Part shown: positions 39,695 to 50,800 of the stretch, one piece after another | How the letters are laid out: the number at the start of each line of letters is the position of its first letter | How positions within the stretch are numbered: position 1 is the first letter of the stretch | Origin: Candidatus Marinacidobacterales bacterium | GTDB lineage: Bacteria; Acidobacteriota; Vicinamibacteria; Marinacidobacterales; DATDRI01 | Reading direction: 5' to 3' | Assembly (NCBI GenBank): GCA_965226495.1 | Contig: OZ245365.1 | Coordinates: 4,576,001 to 4,640,000 of the forward strand | DNA length: 64,000 bases | Notes under the pieces: model-generated | What the model saw: only the letters and a program-made list of their open reading frames with translations | Told to the model about the DNA's origin: nothing | Databases searched by the model: none | Made by a program: the position numbers and the translations under genes

Positions 39695-40987
39695 CTATTC
39701 CGCTCGGATGTCGTAGCTATGGAGCCGACCTTGCTCGCGCAGGTAGAGGCGGCCACCGCTCACGACGGGGTGAGGCCAGCTGGGATCCTCCACGTCGGGG
39801 ATCTCGAATGAACCGCACTCCCGGTACTCCTCGGGCGTGGCGTCGATCAGAACCACCCAACCGTTCTGGTAGCGGAAATACAATCGGCCGTCGGCATAAG
39901 CAACGGCGGCCGAGTCGTGTCCTTCATTCCTCACCGGACCCCAGGCCACCTCCCCCGTTTCCATGCGGATGCTCAGCGGATAGCCTCGATTGTGGCCGGT
40001 GCCGGTGTAGATGTATCCGTCGAGAAGGATGAGCCCTCCGTGGTGGTTTTGGAAAGTATCGGCGGGAAGGAAATACACTTCTTCAGCGTGGACTCCCTCG
40101 CCATCTCGCGACAGTTTCAAAAGCGCGGCGCCCGTTTGGTAGCCGGTAGACCCGAACACGAGATCACCGGTCACGATGGGAGTGGCGATGTTCGCAACCT
40201 CGTTGGCGATTCTGTTATAGCCCCAGAGAAATTCGCCGTCCTCGGCGCGAATGCCGACGAGGCCGCGTCCCATGAGCTGGACGTATTGCTTCAGGCCACC
40301 CCCGTGGGAGATCACGATCGAGCTGTAGCCGGCGCCATCACTTCCCTGCTCACCGATTTCGGGCATCGATGACCGCCAGATTTCGTCGCCACTTGTCTTG
40401 TCTAGTGCCACCATGACCGCTTTCGGCGCGCCCGGCGTCACGACGACCCGATTGCCGTCAACGAGTGGTGACTCTGCGAATCGCCAATTCACGCCCCGGG
40501 CCACCATCATGAACCCACCGAAATCTTCGCGCACGTTACGCTGCCATACCACTTCGCCGTTATCCGCCTTCAAGCAGGCAAGGGTTCCTTCCGTGCCGTA
40601 GGCGTAAACCCGGTCGCCGTCCACAGTAGGCGTCGAGCGCGAGCCCGGATAGAAACGCGCGTCGGACCAGCTTTCGCCTATCGAAGTCTTCCAGAGGATT
40701 GACCCGTCATCGTCGTTGATGGCAATCACGAATTGCTCATCGTCGAAGTCGCCCATGGTGAACACACGACCGTTGGCAAGCGAGACACTCGAAAAGCCGC
40801 GACCTAGTCCCTCCGCCGTCCATACGGTCGGCGGTCCGCCCTCGGGCCATTCCTTGAGCAAGCCGCTCTCAGCCGATTTTCCATCGCGATTCGGTCCGCG
40901 CCATTGGGGCCACTGTGCAAAGCTGGACTCAGGAAGGAACAGACTAAGGCTGACGAGGAGGATGCCGCTGGGGATCAAACGCTTCAT
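39695..40987 (-). CDS. PQQ-binding-like beta-propeller protein
   Basis: WPQWRGPNRDG, STPTVDG. Confidence 0.88.
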   Translation of the reverse strand: MKRLIPSGILLVSLSLFLPESSFAQWPQWRGPNRDGKSAESGLLKEWPEGGPPTVWTAEGLGRGFSSVSLANGRVFTMGDFDDEQFVIAINDDDGSILWKTSIGESWSDARFYPGSRSTPTVDGDRVYAYGTEGTLACLKADNGEVVWQRNVREDFGGFMMVARGVNWRFAESPLVDGNRVVVTPGAPKAVMVALDKTSGDEIWRSSMPEIGEQGSDGAGYSSIVISHGGGLKQYVQLMGRGLVGIRAEDGEFLWGYNRIANEVANIATPIVTGDLVFGSTGYQTGAALLKLSRDGEGVHAEEVYFLPADTFQNHHGGLILLDGYIYTGTGHNRGYPLSIRMETGEVAWGPVRNEGHDSAAVAYADGRLYFRYQNGWVVLIDATPEEYRECGSFEIPDVEDPSWPHPVVSGGRLYLREQGRLHSYDIRAE

Positions 40988-41056
40988 GTCGGGGTCTCCT
41001 TCGTGTTTCCCATCGCGGCAGATGGATGTTAACCCAGCACGGCCAACTTCGAAAGG

Positions 41057-42634
41057 CTAGCCAGCCAAGGTATTGAAGTAAGCAAGGCAGCCGAGGATGG
41101 CGAGAAAATAGGCCGCCAAGAACAGGTACCACGGCAACCAACGGCTGATGTCCAATCCGCTTTCGGACAAGGTATGGCCGGCGACTTTTTCCGGTGGTGC
41201 GGGCACGAAGGTGCTGACGATCGACGAGATGAGGGCCGCGACCACGAATCCGAAAACGTTCCACCACATCCAGAAAATGTGCGAAAACGACACCGCAACG
41301 AGTAGGTTGACACCGACGCCGGCTATGACACCAGTCGTCATCCCCAAACCGCTGGCTCGTTTGGTTAGCACTCCCATGATGAAGGCGGCGAGGATGGGTC
41401 CGTAGAAGAGTGACCCGATCGTGTTGATGCCCTCGATCACCGTGTCCGAGATGGAGCCGACAGCAAACGCGAATGCGGTGATGACGACTCCCCACACGAC
41501 CGTAGTCACCTTGCTCATCACGAAGAGTTGGCGCTCTGAGAGCTCCCTTCCGTGTTCGATGAAATCGCGTACGGTCGCCGCGGAAAGGGAGTTGAGTCCG
41601 GAGTCGATGCTCGACATTGCGGCCGCCAAGATGGCGGCGATGACGACCGCTCGGATCCCTTGCGGGAGGTGCAGGAGAATGAGATTCGGAATGAGGGCGT
41701 CGATCTGGTCGGCGGGGACCGCGGAACGAAGCTCGGGGGATTGGAGGTAAAGGGCACTGGCCGCGATACCAAGAAGCACGTACCCGAGCGTGAGGGGGAA
41801 TCGCGCGATGCCGTTGAACACTAGCGACCGTCGAGTATCGTCGAGCGACTTGGCGGAAAGCTCTCGTTGCACTTGGCTTTGATCGACTCCGTAGTAAGAG
41901 GCGTAGAGAAACAGGCCGCCGATCAAGAATCCCCAAAAGGGTGTGCCGCTGTCTCCGAAGCCGGTGCTCATGTCGAGCGCCCGGAAGCGCTCGGCCGGAA
42001 ACAAGCTGAAGACTTCTCCTAAACCGCCCACTTCCGCGGCGGCGACCCAGACGCAAGCAACAACACCGGCCAGCAAGATCCCCATCTGGATCACGTCGGA
42101 ATAGACAACTGCCGAGATGCCGCCGATGGTGTCGTAAACCATGGTTGCGACTCCGATGAGGAGGATCGTTGCCCAAAGCGGTATCCCCATGCAGATCGAG
42201 AGAACCAACGAGGCGGCATAGACGGCGACCCCGGTTGCCAGACCGCGACTAATAAGGAAGATGCCGCTCAAGAACTGTCGGACCGACCTCCCGTATCTCA
42301 GCTCGAGGAACTCGTAAACGCTGATGAGCTCCAGCTTGCGGAAGAACGGAACCAACAATGCGATGACGACGATCATGGAGAGGGGAACCGCGAGCTCGAA
42401 TTGCAACCAGGTCAGCCCGCCACCTTCTTTGAGAGCCACGAAGGCCGGAATGGAGATGAAGCTGATGGCGCTTGATTGAGTCGCCATAGTGGAAATGCCG
42501 ACCGCCCACCAGGGTAGGTTCCGGCCGCCGACGTAGTAATCCGTTTCGCTGGTTTGGCCCCGTGCGAGATAGACGCTGAGCGCAATCATCCCGGCGAGAT
42601 AAAGGACGATGACCATCCAGTCGAGAGGGGACAT
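41057..42634 (-). CDS. Sodium:solute symporter (SSS)
   Basis: YYVGGR, DQSQVQR, AAAMSS; many TM helices. Confidence 0.92.
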   Translation of the reverse strand: MSPLDWMVIVLYLAGMIALSVYLARGQTSETDYYVGGRNLPWWAVGISTMATQSSAISFISIPAFVALKEGGGLTWLQFELAVPLSMIVVIALLVPFFRKLELISVYEFLELRYGRSVRQFLSGIFLISRGLATGVAVYAASLVLSICMGIPLWATILLIGVATMVYDTIGGISAVVYSDVIQMGILLAGVVACVWVAAAEVGGLGEVFSLFPAERFRALDMSTGFGDSGTPFWGFLIGGLFLYASYYGVDQSQVQRELSAKSLDDTRRSLVFNGIARFPLTLGYVLLGIAASALYLQSPELRSAVPADQIDALIPNLILLHLPQGIRAVVIAAILAAAMSSIDSGLNSLSAATVRDFIEHGRELSERQLFVMSKVTTVVWGVVITAFAFAVGSISDTVIEGINTIGSLFYGPILAAFIMGVLTKRASGLGMTTGVIAGVGVNLLVAVSFSHIFWMWWNVFGFVVAALISSIVSTFVPAPPEKVAGHTLSESGLDISRWLPWYLFLAAYFLAILGCLAYFNTLAG

Positions 42635-42760
42635 GCGCGCTCTCCGGGTCGATGAGGGACGGTGTCATTATATTTCGGGACGAGAAGAGAATTCCAGGCT
42701 ACGGCTTGCTTCGTGCGTCTCGGCTATCTACCATGGGGGAAGCTCGCTCTGAGGTGACGT

Positions 42761-43582
42761 ATGGGTGAATGGGACGACGTCGAAATAGAACAGGAGGAGC
42801 TTCCGCGGGGCCACGGGACGCAACGTCCCGGACTTTGGCCCATCGCCGGAGTGGTCGGCTTGCTGGCGTTCTGCCTCGGCTTCTACTTCTTCTTTTGGAA
42901 GAACCGCGCTCCCGAGCCTGCCCCAGTTGCTGAAGCTCCGCCCCCTGCGCCGGTTGAGTTCTTGGAAGAGCCGGAGCCCGAACCCGACATCGAGCTTCCG
43001 CCCCTCGGCGAAAGCGATGATTTCGTCCGGGGGCTGATCGGGAAGTTGTCGTCCCACCCTGAGGTCGCTTCATGGCTTGTCACGAAAGACTTGGTGCGAA
43101 GGTTGACGATGGTCGTGGACAACATCGCCGAAGGCGAAAGCCCTCGAGCCCACCTCCGATTTCTGGACCCAGAAGAGCCGTTTCAAGCAGTGGAGAGGGC
43201 GAATCGGTTCTACATCGACCCGGCGGGCTACGAGCGCTACAACCTCGTCGCCGACATCATCGAATCTCTGGACACCGCGGGGTCCGTCGAGCTCTACCGG
43301 AACATCAAACCCCTCATCGACGAGGCGTATCGGGAGCTCGGCCGGGTCGACGGCAGCTTCGACGAAACCCTTTCATTGGCCATGGAACAGTTGCTGGAGA
43401 CGCCGGTGCCGGAGGATAGAGTCGAGCTCATTGCGCGGTTCCGAAGCTATCACTACGCCGATCCCGACCTGGAATCCCTCTCCCCCGCTCAGAAGCACTT
43501 CTTCCGCATGGGCCCGCGTAATGTGCGGAAGATTCAGAGTAAGCTAAAAGAGTTGGCGCGAGGCTTAGGACTCAGCGTCTAA
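42761..43582 (+). CDS. DUF3014 family protein
   Basis: N-terminal TM, Pro-rich linker, YADPDLESLSPAQK..RMGP.N. Confidence 0.8.
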   Translation: MGEWDDVEIEQEELPRGHGTQRPGLWPIAGVVGLLAFCLGFYFFFWKNRAPEPAPVAEAPPPAPVEFLEEPEPEPDIELPPLGESDDFVRGLIGKLSSHPEVASWLVTKDLVRRLTMVVDNIAEGESPRAHLRFLDPEEPFQAVERANRFYIDPAGYERYNLVADIIESLDTAGSVELYRNIKPLIDEAYRELGRVDGSFDETLSLAMEQLLETPVPEDRVELIARFRSYHYADPDLESLSPAQKHFFRMGPRNVRKIQSKLKELARGLGLSV

Positions 43583-43587
43583 CGGGT

Positions 43588-43659
43588 GGGGTCTGATCTA
43601 AAAATGTGCACGTGCACATTTTTAGATCAGACCCCTGTGATATTTCTGGATCTGACCCC
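43588..43659. repeat. Perfect 48-bp palindrome plus third GATCTGACCCC unit
   Basis: GGGGTCTGATCTAAAAATGTGCAC|GTGCACATTTTTAGATCAGACCCC at 43588-43635. Confidence 0.9.
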
Positions 43660-43995
43660 AGCGGCTGTGCACTCTAAATGATGACGCGGCGGGGGAATCG
43701 GGAGTCCCAACCTCGCAGGGCCTCACCAAGAGGCTCCACCTCCCGGCTCTTCCCGCCATGGTTCCTATAGGCAATTCCCGGGCCATGCGGGGCGACCACT
43801 CGATCACTGTAGGAGATAACGACTTACGTGAGCTGTCGAGGCTCGGGGCGGGTCGTTTGCGTAGGGAAAGGTCTACGCCGAATCGGTAAAAGGCAACAGT
43901 CGACTTAATCCTTGATCTTAGAGGTCTTTTTCACGAACATGAGGGCCGGCGAGTTCAGCCCCAACCCTGAACGTGGGGACCGGGAGCAGAACCTG

Positions 43996-44134
43996 ATCGT
44001 CCGCGCCCGGCTCGTCATTCCCGCTTCCTCGTAAAGGTCGCCGAGGCCGGCCAGGCACTCCGCGTCAAAGAATCGGCTTCTTCCATCAGCTTCGATGGTC
44101 TCGTGGTAGTGCATGTCGCGAAAGTGTCGCTGGG
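43996..44134. repeat. Mosaic duplicate of two pieces of the adjacent gene
   Basis: 43996-44069 = 44341-44414; 44074-44134 ~ 44534-44593. Confidence 0.85.
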
Positions 44135-44273
44135 GCCCCGGTCTCCACCGCCTCTAGCAAACCTCGCCTGCGAGAAATTGCCCTAAGCCGTGGCTACCGA
44201 GATCGCCTTTTGGCTTTTCGGGAACAGGATGACTTTACGCCAGCAGCCCCGTTAGCGTCAAACTGCGTCGGTT

Positions 44274-45794
44274 TCAGTGAACCCGCAGCTTCTGTTTCAG
44301 TTCTTCGCTGCCCGGCTCTAACTCGAGCGCGCGGGCGTACATCGTCCGCGCCCGGCTCGTCATTCCCGCTTCCTCGTAAAGGTCGCCGAGGCCGGCCAGG
44401 CACTCCGCGTCAAACGCGTCGATTTCGAGCGCCGCTTGAAAGTGCTCCTCGGACCTTCTTCTCCACTTAGGATTTTTTGCCAGCGCCTGCGCGAGGAGTT
44501 TGTGGTAAGACGGCTTGCCAGGATCGAAGCGTACGGCTTCTTCCATCAGCTCGATGGTCTCGTGGTAGTGCATGTCGCGAAAGTGTCGCTGGGCCTCCCG
44601 GTAGTAGCGGGCGGCAATATTTTCCACGGAAGACGATGAGACTTTTTCGGGTTTCTTGTTGAGGAAGTCCCTAGGCCTCAGATCCTCCCCACGAACCGCC
44701 TCGGTGCGCAACGAATTGTCGAAACGACGTCGATCGACAGCGTTCGCGAGAACCTTGTGGGCTTCGGTCAACTTCGACAAGATCTCTTCGAGATCCCCCC
44801 GAAGGTAAGAAAGTCGCGTCGAGCGAAGGCGATCCGGATGGTATCTCTTAACCATCGTGAGATAGGCTTTTCGGATATCTTCCTTTTCCGCGCCGCGTTT
44901 CACTTCGAGGCAATCGTAGAATGTTCCCGCGGCGACCGTCGAACGTTTGGTTAGGATGTCGTCGCGAATCCACTCTTCTTCAGGAGAAAGCTTCAGTTCC
45001 CCAGGCTTAGACTTTTTTTTTGCTGGCTTCGATTTGATCCCGGTTTGATGGAACGGATCCTCGCGCTTCGCGGATGGCACCAGCTTGCGACTCTTCCCTC
45101 CGAGCTCCAAGAACCCTCCGGAGACCAGTGCATACAGGCACCGGAGTGTTTCCTCATCGGTCAGAGGCGATATGGACAATATGTCCGCGGTAGTCGACTG
45201 ACCATCTACACGGGATAGAACGAAGCTCTCCTCGGGGGTCAAGGTGAAGTCCAGGGAAACCACCGAAAAGCTCTTCGCGTAGCTCACCATGCTCTTTGGA
45301 TCGCCCAAAGCGCGGCGGACCACTTCGGGGTCGTCCATGTGGCGGACCCCTTCGAGGATCACGGGAATGGTCGGCAACGTAAGTGCTATATCGTCAGCAA
45401 TCGGGCTGGTGTGTTCGCTAAACCGGTACTCCCCACTGGTCCAAGGGAAGACGGAGTAGATGATGGCGAGGACCTGTTCCGCCACCCTTACTTCCACCTC
45501 ACTCTCGGTCATCAGTCCCATGTCGACGAAAGCCTCTCCCAGCCTCCTCCCGGTGTCTTTCACCTTCTGAGAGGCGAGCGCCAGATGCGAGTTGGTCATC
45601 TTCTTGTTCCGGACTAGGAACTCGCCCAATCTGTCGGCGCGGTGGCTCGAGTTGGCGAATATCATCGTCCCCTCGCCGAAGTAGATCCGCTTGCTGATCT
45701 TGTCCCGAGACAAGCTGAGGATCCCGGTGTCCCGAGAGTCGCTGATCGAGTGGATGATCTCGGGAAGGAAATCGTTGTTTAGGCTTCCCCGCAC
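44274..45794 (-). CDS. DUF4388 + DnaJ + TPR protein
   Basis: MRGSL...TGIL N-terminus, YHPD J-domain, TPR repeats. Confidence 0.85.
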   Translation of the reverse strand: MRGSLNNDFLPEIIHSISDSRDTGILSLSRDKISKRIYFGEGTMIFANSSHRADRLGEFLVRNKKMTNSHLALASQKVKDTGRRLGEAFVDMGLMTESEVEVRVAEQVLAIIYSVFPWTSGEYRFSEHTSPIADDIALTLPTIPVILEGVRHMDDPEVVRRALGDPKSMVSYAKSFSVVSLDFTLTPEESFVLSRVDGQSTTADILSISPLTDEETLRCLYALVSGGFLELGGKSRKLVPSAKREDPFHQTGIKSKPAKKKSKPGELKLSPEEEWIRDDILTKRSTVAAGTFYDCLEVKRGAEKEDIRKAYLTMVKRYHPDRLRSTRLSYLRGDLEEILSKLTEAHKVLANAVDRRRFDNSLRTEAVRGEDLRPRDFLNKKPEKVSSSSVENIAARYYREAQRHFRDMHYHETIELMEEAVRFDPGKPSYHKLLAQALAKNPKWRRRSEEHFQAALEIDAFDAECLAGLGDLYEEAGMTSRARTMYARALELEPGSEELKQKLRVH

Positions 45795-46094
45795 GAAACA
45801 CCTCCTGAATGGCTACAAGCCTTCTTGAACCTGCTCGTGAAGACGAGCCGAAACGATTGCGTTTTCCTGCTGGCGGGATGTGCTTGATTCTGCCGGGGCA
45901 CGACGCAACCTTCGTTATAAAGATTCATAGTTCTCTGGATCCTGCTCTCTGAAGGAAATAGTACGGGAGAGACGTGCGAAGAGGTATGCGCCGAAACACG
46001 GGGATTTTCCGACATCGAATGTGGGGGAAATCCCACGGGTGTGGGAGAGACAACAAAGGGCTCTCCGGCGGTTGCCGAAGAGCCCTAAAGTGGC

Positions 46095-47528
46095 CTAGTG
46101 AACTGGTGTCCCGAACGGTCCCGCGAGTCGCACCGAAGAAATGCCACGCCTCGCGTGGCGGTGCGCCTCGATTTGCCGGAGAGGAGTCTCGAAGAAGAAC
46201 TCCTCCTCATCGAAGGCCGGCTCGAGCTGATCCAGCCAAGTAGCCTCTGGATCGTATCGGGCGAAGAAGGGCCGTCCTACCCAACGCGGATCTCGCGCTT
46301 GGATGAACTTGAGGACTATTACCTTCTCCCCGTGAGCCGTCGCGATGCCGTCCACGATAACCTTGCCCGGAGTCGTGGACATCGATGGTCCTCGAACGGT
46401 GCGCGCGAGCCCGGAAACCTGTCGGTACGCCTCGTTGAAGATCTGAAACGCTTCGACCAGCGGAAGCTCGAAGTATTCCTTGGCGCCGGTATCTCGCTCC
46501 ACGAACATGTAGTACGGAATCGCGCCCAACCGCACCTGTTTGCGCCACATGGTGGCCCAGATGTCGGCGTGGTCATTGACCCGGCGAATCAGCGGTGCTT
46601 GGCAGCGAACCACAGCACCGGCGTTTCGGATCCGGCGCACCGCCTTCTCGGCGATCGGGGTCGAGAGCTCTTTTGGGTGGCTGTAGTGAGCCATCACCGA
46701 CACACTCCGACCACTCTCGCGGATCTCCTCGAAGAGTGTGAGGAGCGCGTCCGCGTCCTGGTTGCCAACGAATCGGTACGGCCAATAGGCGGGTGCCTTG
46801 GTACCGAAGCGAATGCTGACCAGATTCTCGAGCGAGGGATCGAGCAGGGGCTCTACGTACCTCCTCAGGACCTGGGTCTTCATGATCATAGGGTCGCCAC
46901 CGGTAAACAAGACGTTAGTGACCTCAGGATGCGCGTGCAGGTAGCGCACCAATGAGTCGGCCTGCCGGGCCGCGAACTTGAGCTCGTCGATCCCGACGAA
47001 CTGTGCCCAACGAAAACAGTACGTGCAGTAGGCATGGCACGTTTGGCCCGCGGCTGGAAAGAAAAGTACGGTTTCGCCGTACTTGTGCTGGAGCCCGGAG
47101 ACAGGCTCGCCATCGACGCGCGGAACGTTGAGCTCCATTTGGCCGGCCGGATGCGGATTCAACGTTTGCTGGATCTCGCGGGCTGCGGACTGGATCTCTT
47201 GTTCCGTTGCCCCACCCCGCACCAGGGCGAACATTCTTTCGAAGTCCTCCCTCCTCAGCATGTCCGTCTGAGGAAAGGTCATCTGATAAATAGGATCATC
47301 GGGGATGTTCGACCAGTCGATGAGGTCGTCCAGGACATAGTTATTGACTCGGAACGGAAGGACCGCAGAGACGGCCTTCATTGAGGTGACTTGGGTTGGA
47401 GAAAGGCTCTCTAGCTGTGGGATCTCGTCGATATGCCTGCGTGTGAACACGCGGAACTGGCGATCCTCCAGGGCCGTAGCATTCGGGTGGGCTGAGTTGT
47501 TCGTGTTTTCTTTTTTCTTCGTGTTGAT
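46095..47528 (-). CDS. KamA-family radical SAM aminomutase-like protein
   Basis: CHAYCTYCFR, VLFTGGDP, IPYYMF; start uncertain (RBS precedes in-frame ATC at 47528). Confidence 0.88.
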   Translation of the reverse strand: MNTKKKENTNNSAHPNATALEDRQFRVFTRRHIDEIPQLESLSPTQVTSMKAVSAVLPFRVNNYVLDDLIDWSNIPDDPIYQMTFPQTDMLRREDFERMFALVRGGATEQEIQSAAREIQQTLNPHPAGQMELNVPRVDGEPVSGLQHKYGETVLFFPAAGQTCHAYCTYCFRWAQFVGIDELKFAARQADSLVRYLHAHPEVTNVLFTGGDPMIMKTQVLRRYVEPLLDPSLENLVSIRFGTKAPAYWPYRFVGNQDADALLTLFEEIRESGRSVSVMAHYSHPKELSTPIAEKAVRRIRNAGAVVRCQAPLIRRVNDHADIWATMWRKQVRLGAIPYYMFVERDTGAKEYFELPLVEAFQIFNEAYRQVSGLARTVRGPSMSTTPGKVIVDGIATAHGEKVIVLKFIQARDPRWVGRPFFARYDPEATWLDQLEPAFDEEEFFFETPLRQIEAHRHARRGISSVRLAGPFGTPVH

Positions 47529-47711
47529 AACGCCCTCCTTTCTATATTCTCGAACCCGACAAACGTGTAGCGACGCACTTTTAGCGCATGCCATTGATGC
47601 GGACATACTGGAAGGGAATCCTCCAGTTTTCAGAGTCCAAACGCCTGGCGCTCACGAGGAGCGGAGGGGCCGGCGGTTGGCACTGGAAACCCTTCCCAGT
47701 CGGGGAACTAC

Positions 47712-47740
47712 ATTATACCAAAATCGCCGTAACTGTTCAA
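47712..47740 (-). promoter_or_regulatory. Strong sigma70 promoter
   Basis: TTGAAC-17 bp-TATAAT with extended TG. Confidence 0.7.
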
Positions 47741-47842
47741 GTACAAGAACTTGGAGCGTGGCACCCGCCCCATCCACGACTGTGTTATTCTCCTCAACCC
47801 AGTGGCAGCCTTTTCGGCGCTCACCGCTCTTGGAGATAACGC

Positions 47843-50800
47843 GTGCACCGTATCATATTTTTGGTTTTCCTGCTCCCTATCACCCTGGCCGCCCATTCGC
47901 CTGCCGTTGCCTCGACTCAGTCTGGAACCAGCCAGCTGAAGGCGGAAACCTTCAAGGGGCTGGCCCTCCGGGGCATCGGTCCCGCTTTGATGTCGGGCCG
48001 CATTGCCGACATTGCCGTCCATCCTCGGGATCGCAGCACCTGGTACGTGGCCGTCGGTTCCGGTGGGGTCTGGAAGACCACCAATGGGGGGACCACGTGG
48101 ACGCCCATTTTCGACGGCGAATCCTCGTATTCGGTCGGATGCGTCGCGATCGACCCCCAAAATCCCGAAGTGGTCTGGGTGGGGAGCGGCGAAAACGTGA
48201 GCGGTCGCCACGTGGGCTACGGGGACGGTGTCTATCGGAGCCGAGACGGCGGAAAGACCTGGAGCAACGTGGGGCTCGAGGCATCGGAGCACATTGGCAA
48301 GATCCTCATCGACCCCCGCGACTCGGACGTCGTCTACGTGGCCGCGGAGGGCCCACTGTGGGCGGCAGGCGGCGACCGGGGTGTCTACAAGACCCAGGAC
48401 GGAGGTGAGACCTGGAACCACGTCCTCGAGATCAGCGAGAACACCGGAGTGACCGACCTGGAGCTCGATCCGCGGAATCCCGATGTCTTGTACGCTGCCG
48501 CGTACCAGCGCCGGCGACACATTTGGTCGCTGCTGGCGGGCGGCGAGGAATCGGGAATCTACAAGACAACGAATGCAGGGGCCGACTGGAGGGAACTCGA
48601 CAACGGTCTACCTTCGGGAGACATGGGCCGAATCGGCTTGGCGGTTTCCCCCATCGAGCCAGACATCGTCTATGCGACGATCGAGGCGGGCGAGGACGAC
48701 AAGGGGTTTTACCGCTCCGCCAACGCCGGCGAGAGCTGGGAGAAGAGGAGCGACTACATTAGTAATGGAACCGGTCCTCATTATTATCAGGAGATCTACG
48801 CCTCGCCTCACAAGCTGGACCGGATCTACCAAATGGACGTCTGGATCCGCGTGAGCGAAGACGGAGGGAAGACCTTCGAGAAACTGGGTGCGCCCGATAA
48901 ACACTCCGACAACCATGCGCTAGCCTTCGACCCCGGAGACCCTGATTACTTGCTGGCGGGTTGTGATGGAGGTCTGTACCAGAGCTGGGATCACGCTGAG
49001 AGCTGGAGTTTCGTCGCCAACCTTCCGGTAACCCAGTTCTACAAGATGGCCATCGACAATGACTACCCGTTCTACAACGTTGTGGGCGGCACTCAGGATA
49101 ACAACACCCAGGTCGGACCGTCGCAAACAGGCAACCAGAACGGAATCCAAAACAGCGATTGGTACGTCACGGTCGGCGGTGACGGGTACGCCTGCCAGAT
49201 CGACCCGAGCGATCCGAACATCATCTATTCGGAGTCGCAGTACGGGGGTTTGATGCGCTACGACCGGAGGAACGGCGAGCTTCTTGATATCAAGCCTCAG
49301 CCGGCCAAGGGCGATCCACCCGAGCGATGGAACTGGGACTCCCCAATCTTTATTAGTCCGCACTCCCACACGCGGCTCTATTTCGGCTCGCAGCGCCTGT
49401 GGCGAAGTGAGGACCGCGGTGATAGTTGGACACCGGTAAGCGGCGACCTCTCAAGGGATCGCAATCGATACGAGCTCGAGATGATGGGACGCGTGTGGAG
49501 CGTCGACGCCCTCTACGACAACGGCGCCATGTCCTGGTACGGGAACACGACGGCGATTTCGGAATCTCCGCTCGAAGAAGGTCTCATCTACGTCGGGACC
49601 GATGACGGCATCATCCAAGTAACGGAAGATGGCGGCGGAAGCTGGAGGCGTATCGACACGTTTCCGGGCGTTCCCGAGCTAGCGTTCGTGAGTGAGATCA
49701 AGGCGTCGGTCCACGACGCCAACACCGTCTTCGTGGTTTTGGACAACCACAAGGTGGGAGACTTCAAGCCATACATCTTGAAGAGCAGCGACCGAGGAGC
49801 GACTTGGAGGTCCATCTCCGGTGATATGCCGGCGCGGCACATCGTCTGGTCGATTGTTCAAGACCACGTCGACGCGAGTCTATTGTTTGCGGGCACGGAG
49901 TTCGGTATCTTTTTCACCGTCGACGGGGGTGCGCATTGGGTTCGACTGGAAGGCGGACTGCCGACGATTCCGTTTCGGGACCTCGAGATCCAGCGCCGGG
50001 AGAGCGACTTGGTGGGCGCGTCGTTCGGACGCGGTTTCTACATCTTGGACGACTACTCACCGCTCCGACGGCTGAGCGCCGCCACTTTGACCGCGGACGC
50101 CCATCTCTTTCCGGTCAAAAACGCGCTGCTTTATGTCCCCTCCATCCCACTCGGTTTGAGGGGCAAGGCGAGTCTGGGGGGCAGCCATTTCATGGCTCCC
50201 AACCCACCCTTCGGGGCGGTTTTCACTTACTATTTGAAGGACTCACCGAAATCCAGCAAGGAGCTTCGAAGGGATGGAGAAAAGGAAATTCGAGAGAAGG
50301 GTGGCGACGTCCCGTTTCCCGGATGGGAAACGCTCGAACGGGAAGACCGCGAGGAGGAGCCGTCGATCATTCTTACCGTGAAGGATAACGACGGAAACGT
50401 AGTGCGACGCATCTCGGGACCTTCGGGCAAGGGTTTTCACCGAGTTGCCTGGAACCTGCGCTATCCGGCACCGAACCCGACCGACGTCGATCCACCCGCG
50501 GTGACCTCGCCGTGGCAACGTCAACCCCAGGGCCCGCTGGCTATGTCTGGGCAGTACTCGGTGGAATTGAGCAAATTGGTGAACGGGAAACTCGAGTGCG
50601 TGGCGGAGAGTCAGTCCTTTCAGGTCGTTCCCTTGGAGAACTCGACCCTTCCTCCACAGAATCGCGAGGCGGTGCGCGCTTTCGAGAAAAAGACCGCCGA
50701 TCTCGCTCGAAAAGCGTTGGGTGCGGTCGATGCTACCGAGGAAGCGCTCAACCGGATCGAGCACTTGAAACAAGCCATCCTCGATACGCCGGGTGCATCG

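Noticed and set aside
47540-47705. Cobalamin or lysine riboswitch, or 6S RNA
   Set aside because: Only an ACTGGGAAGG-like word matches; the other conserved elements could not be identified by eye.
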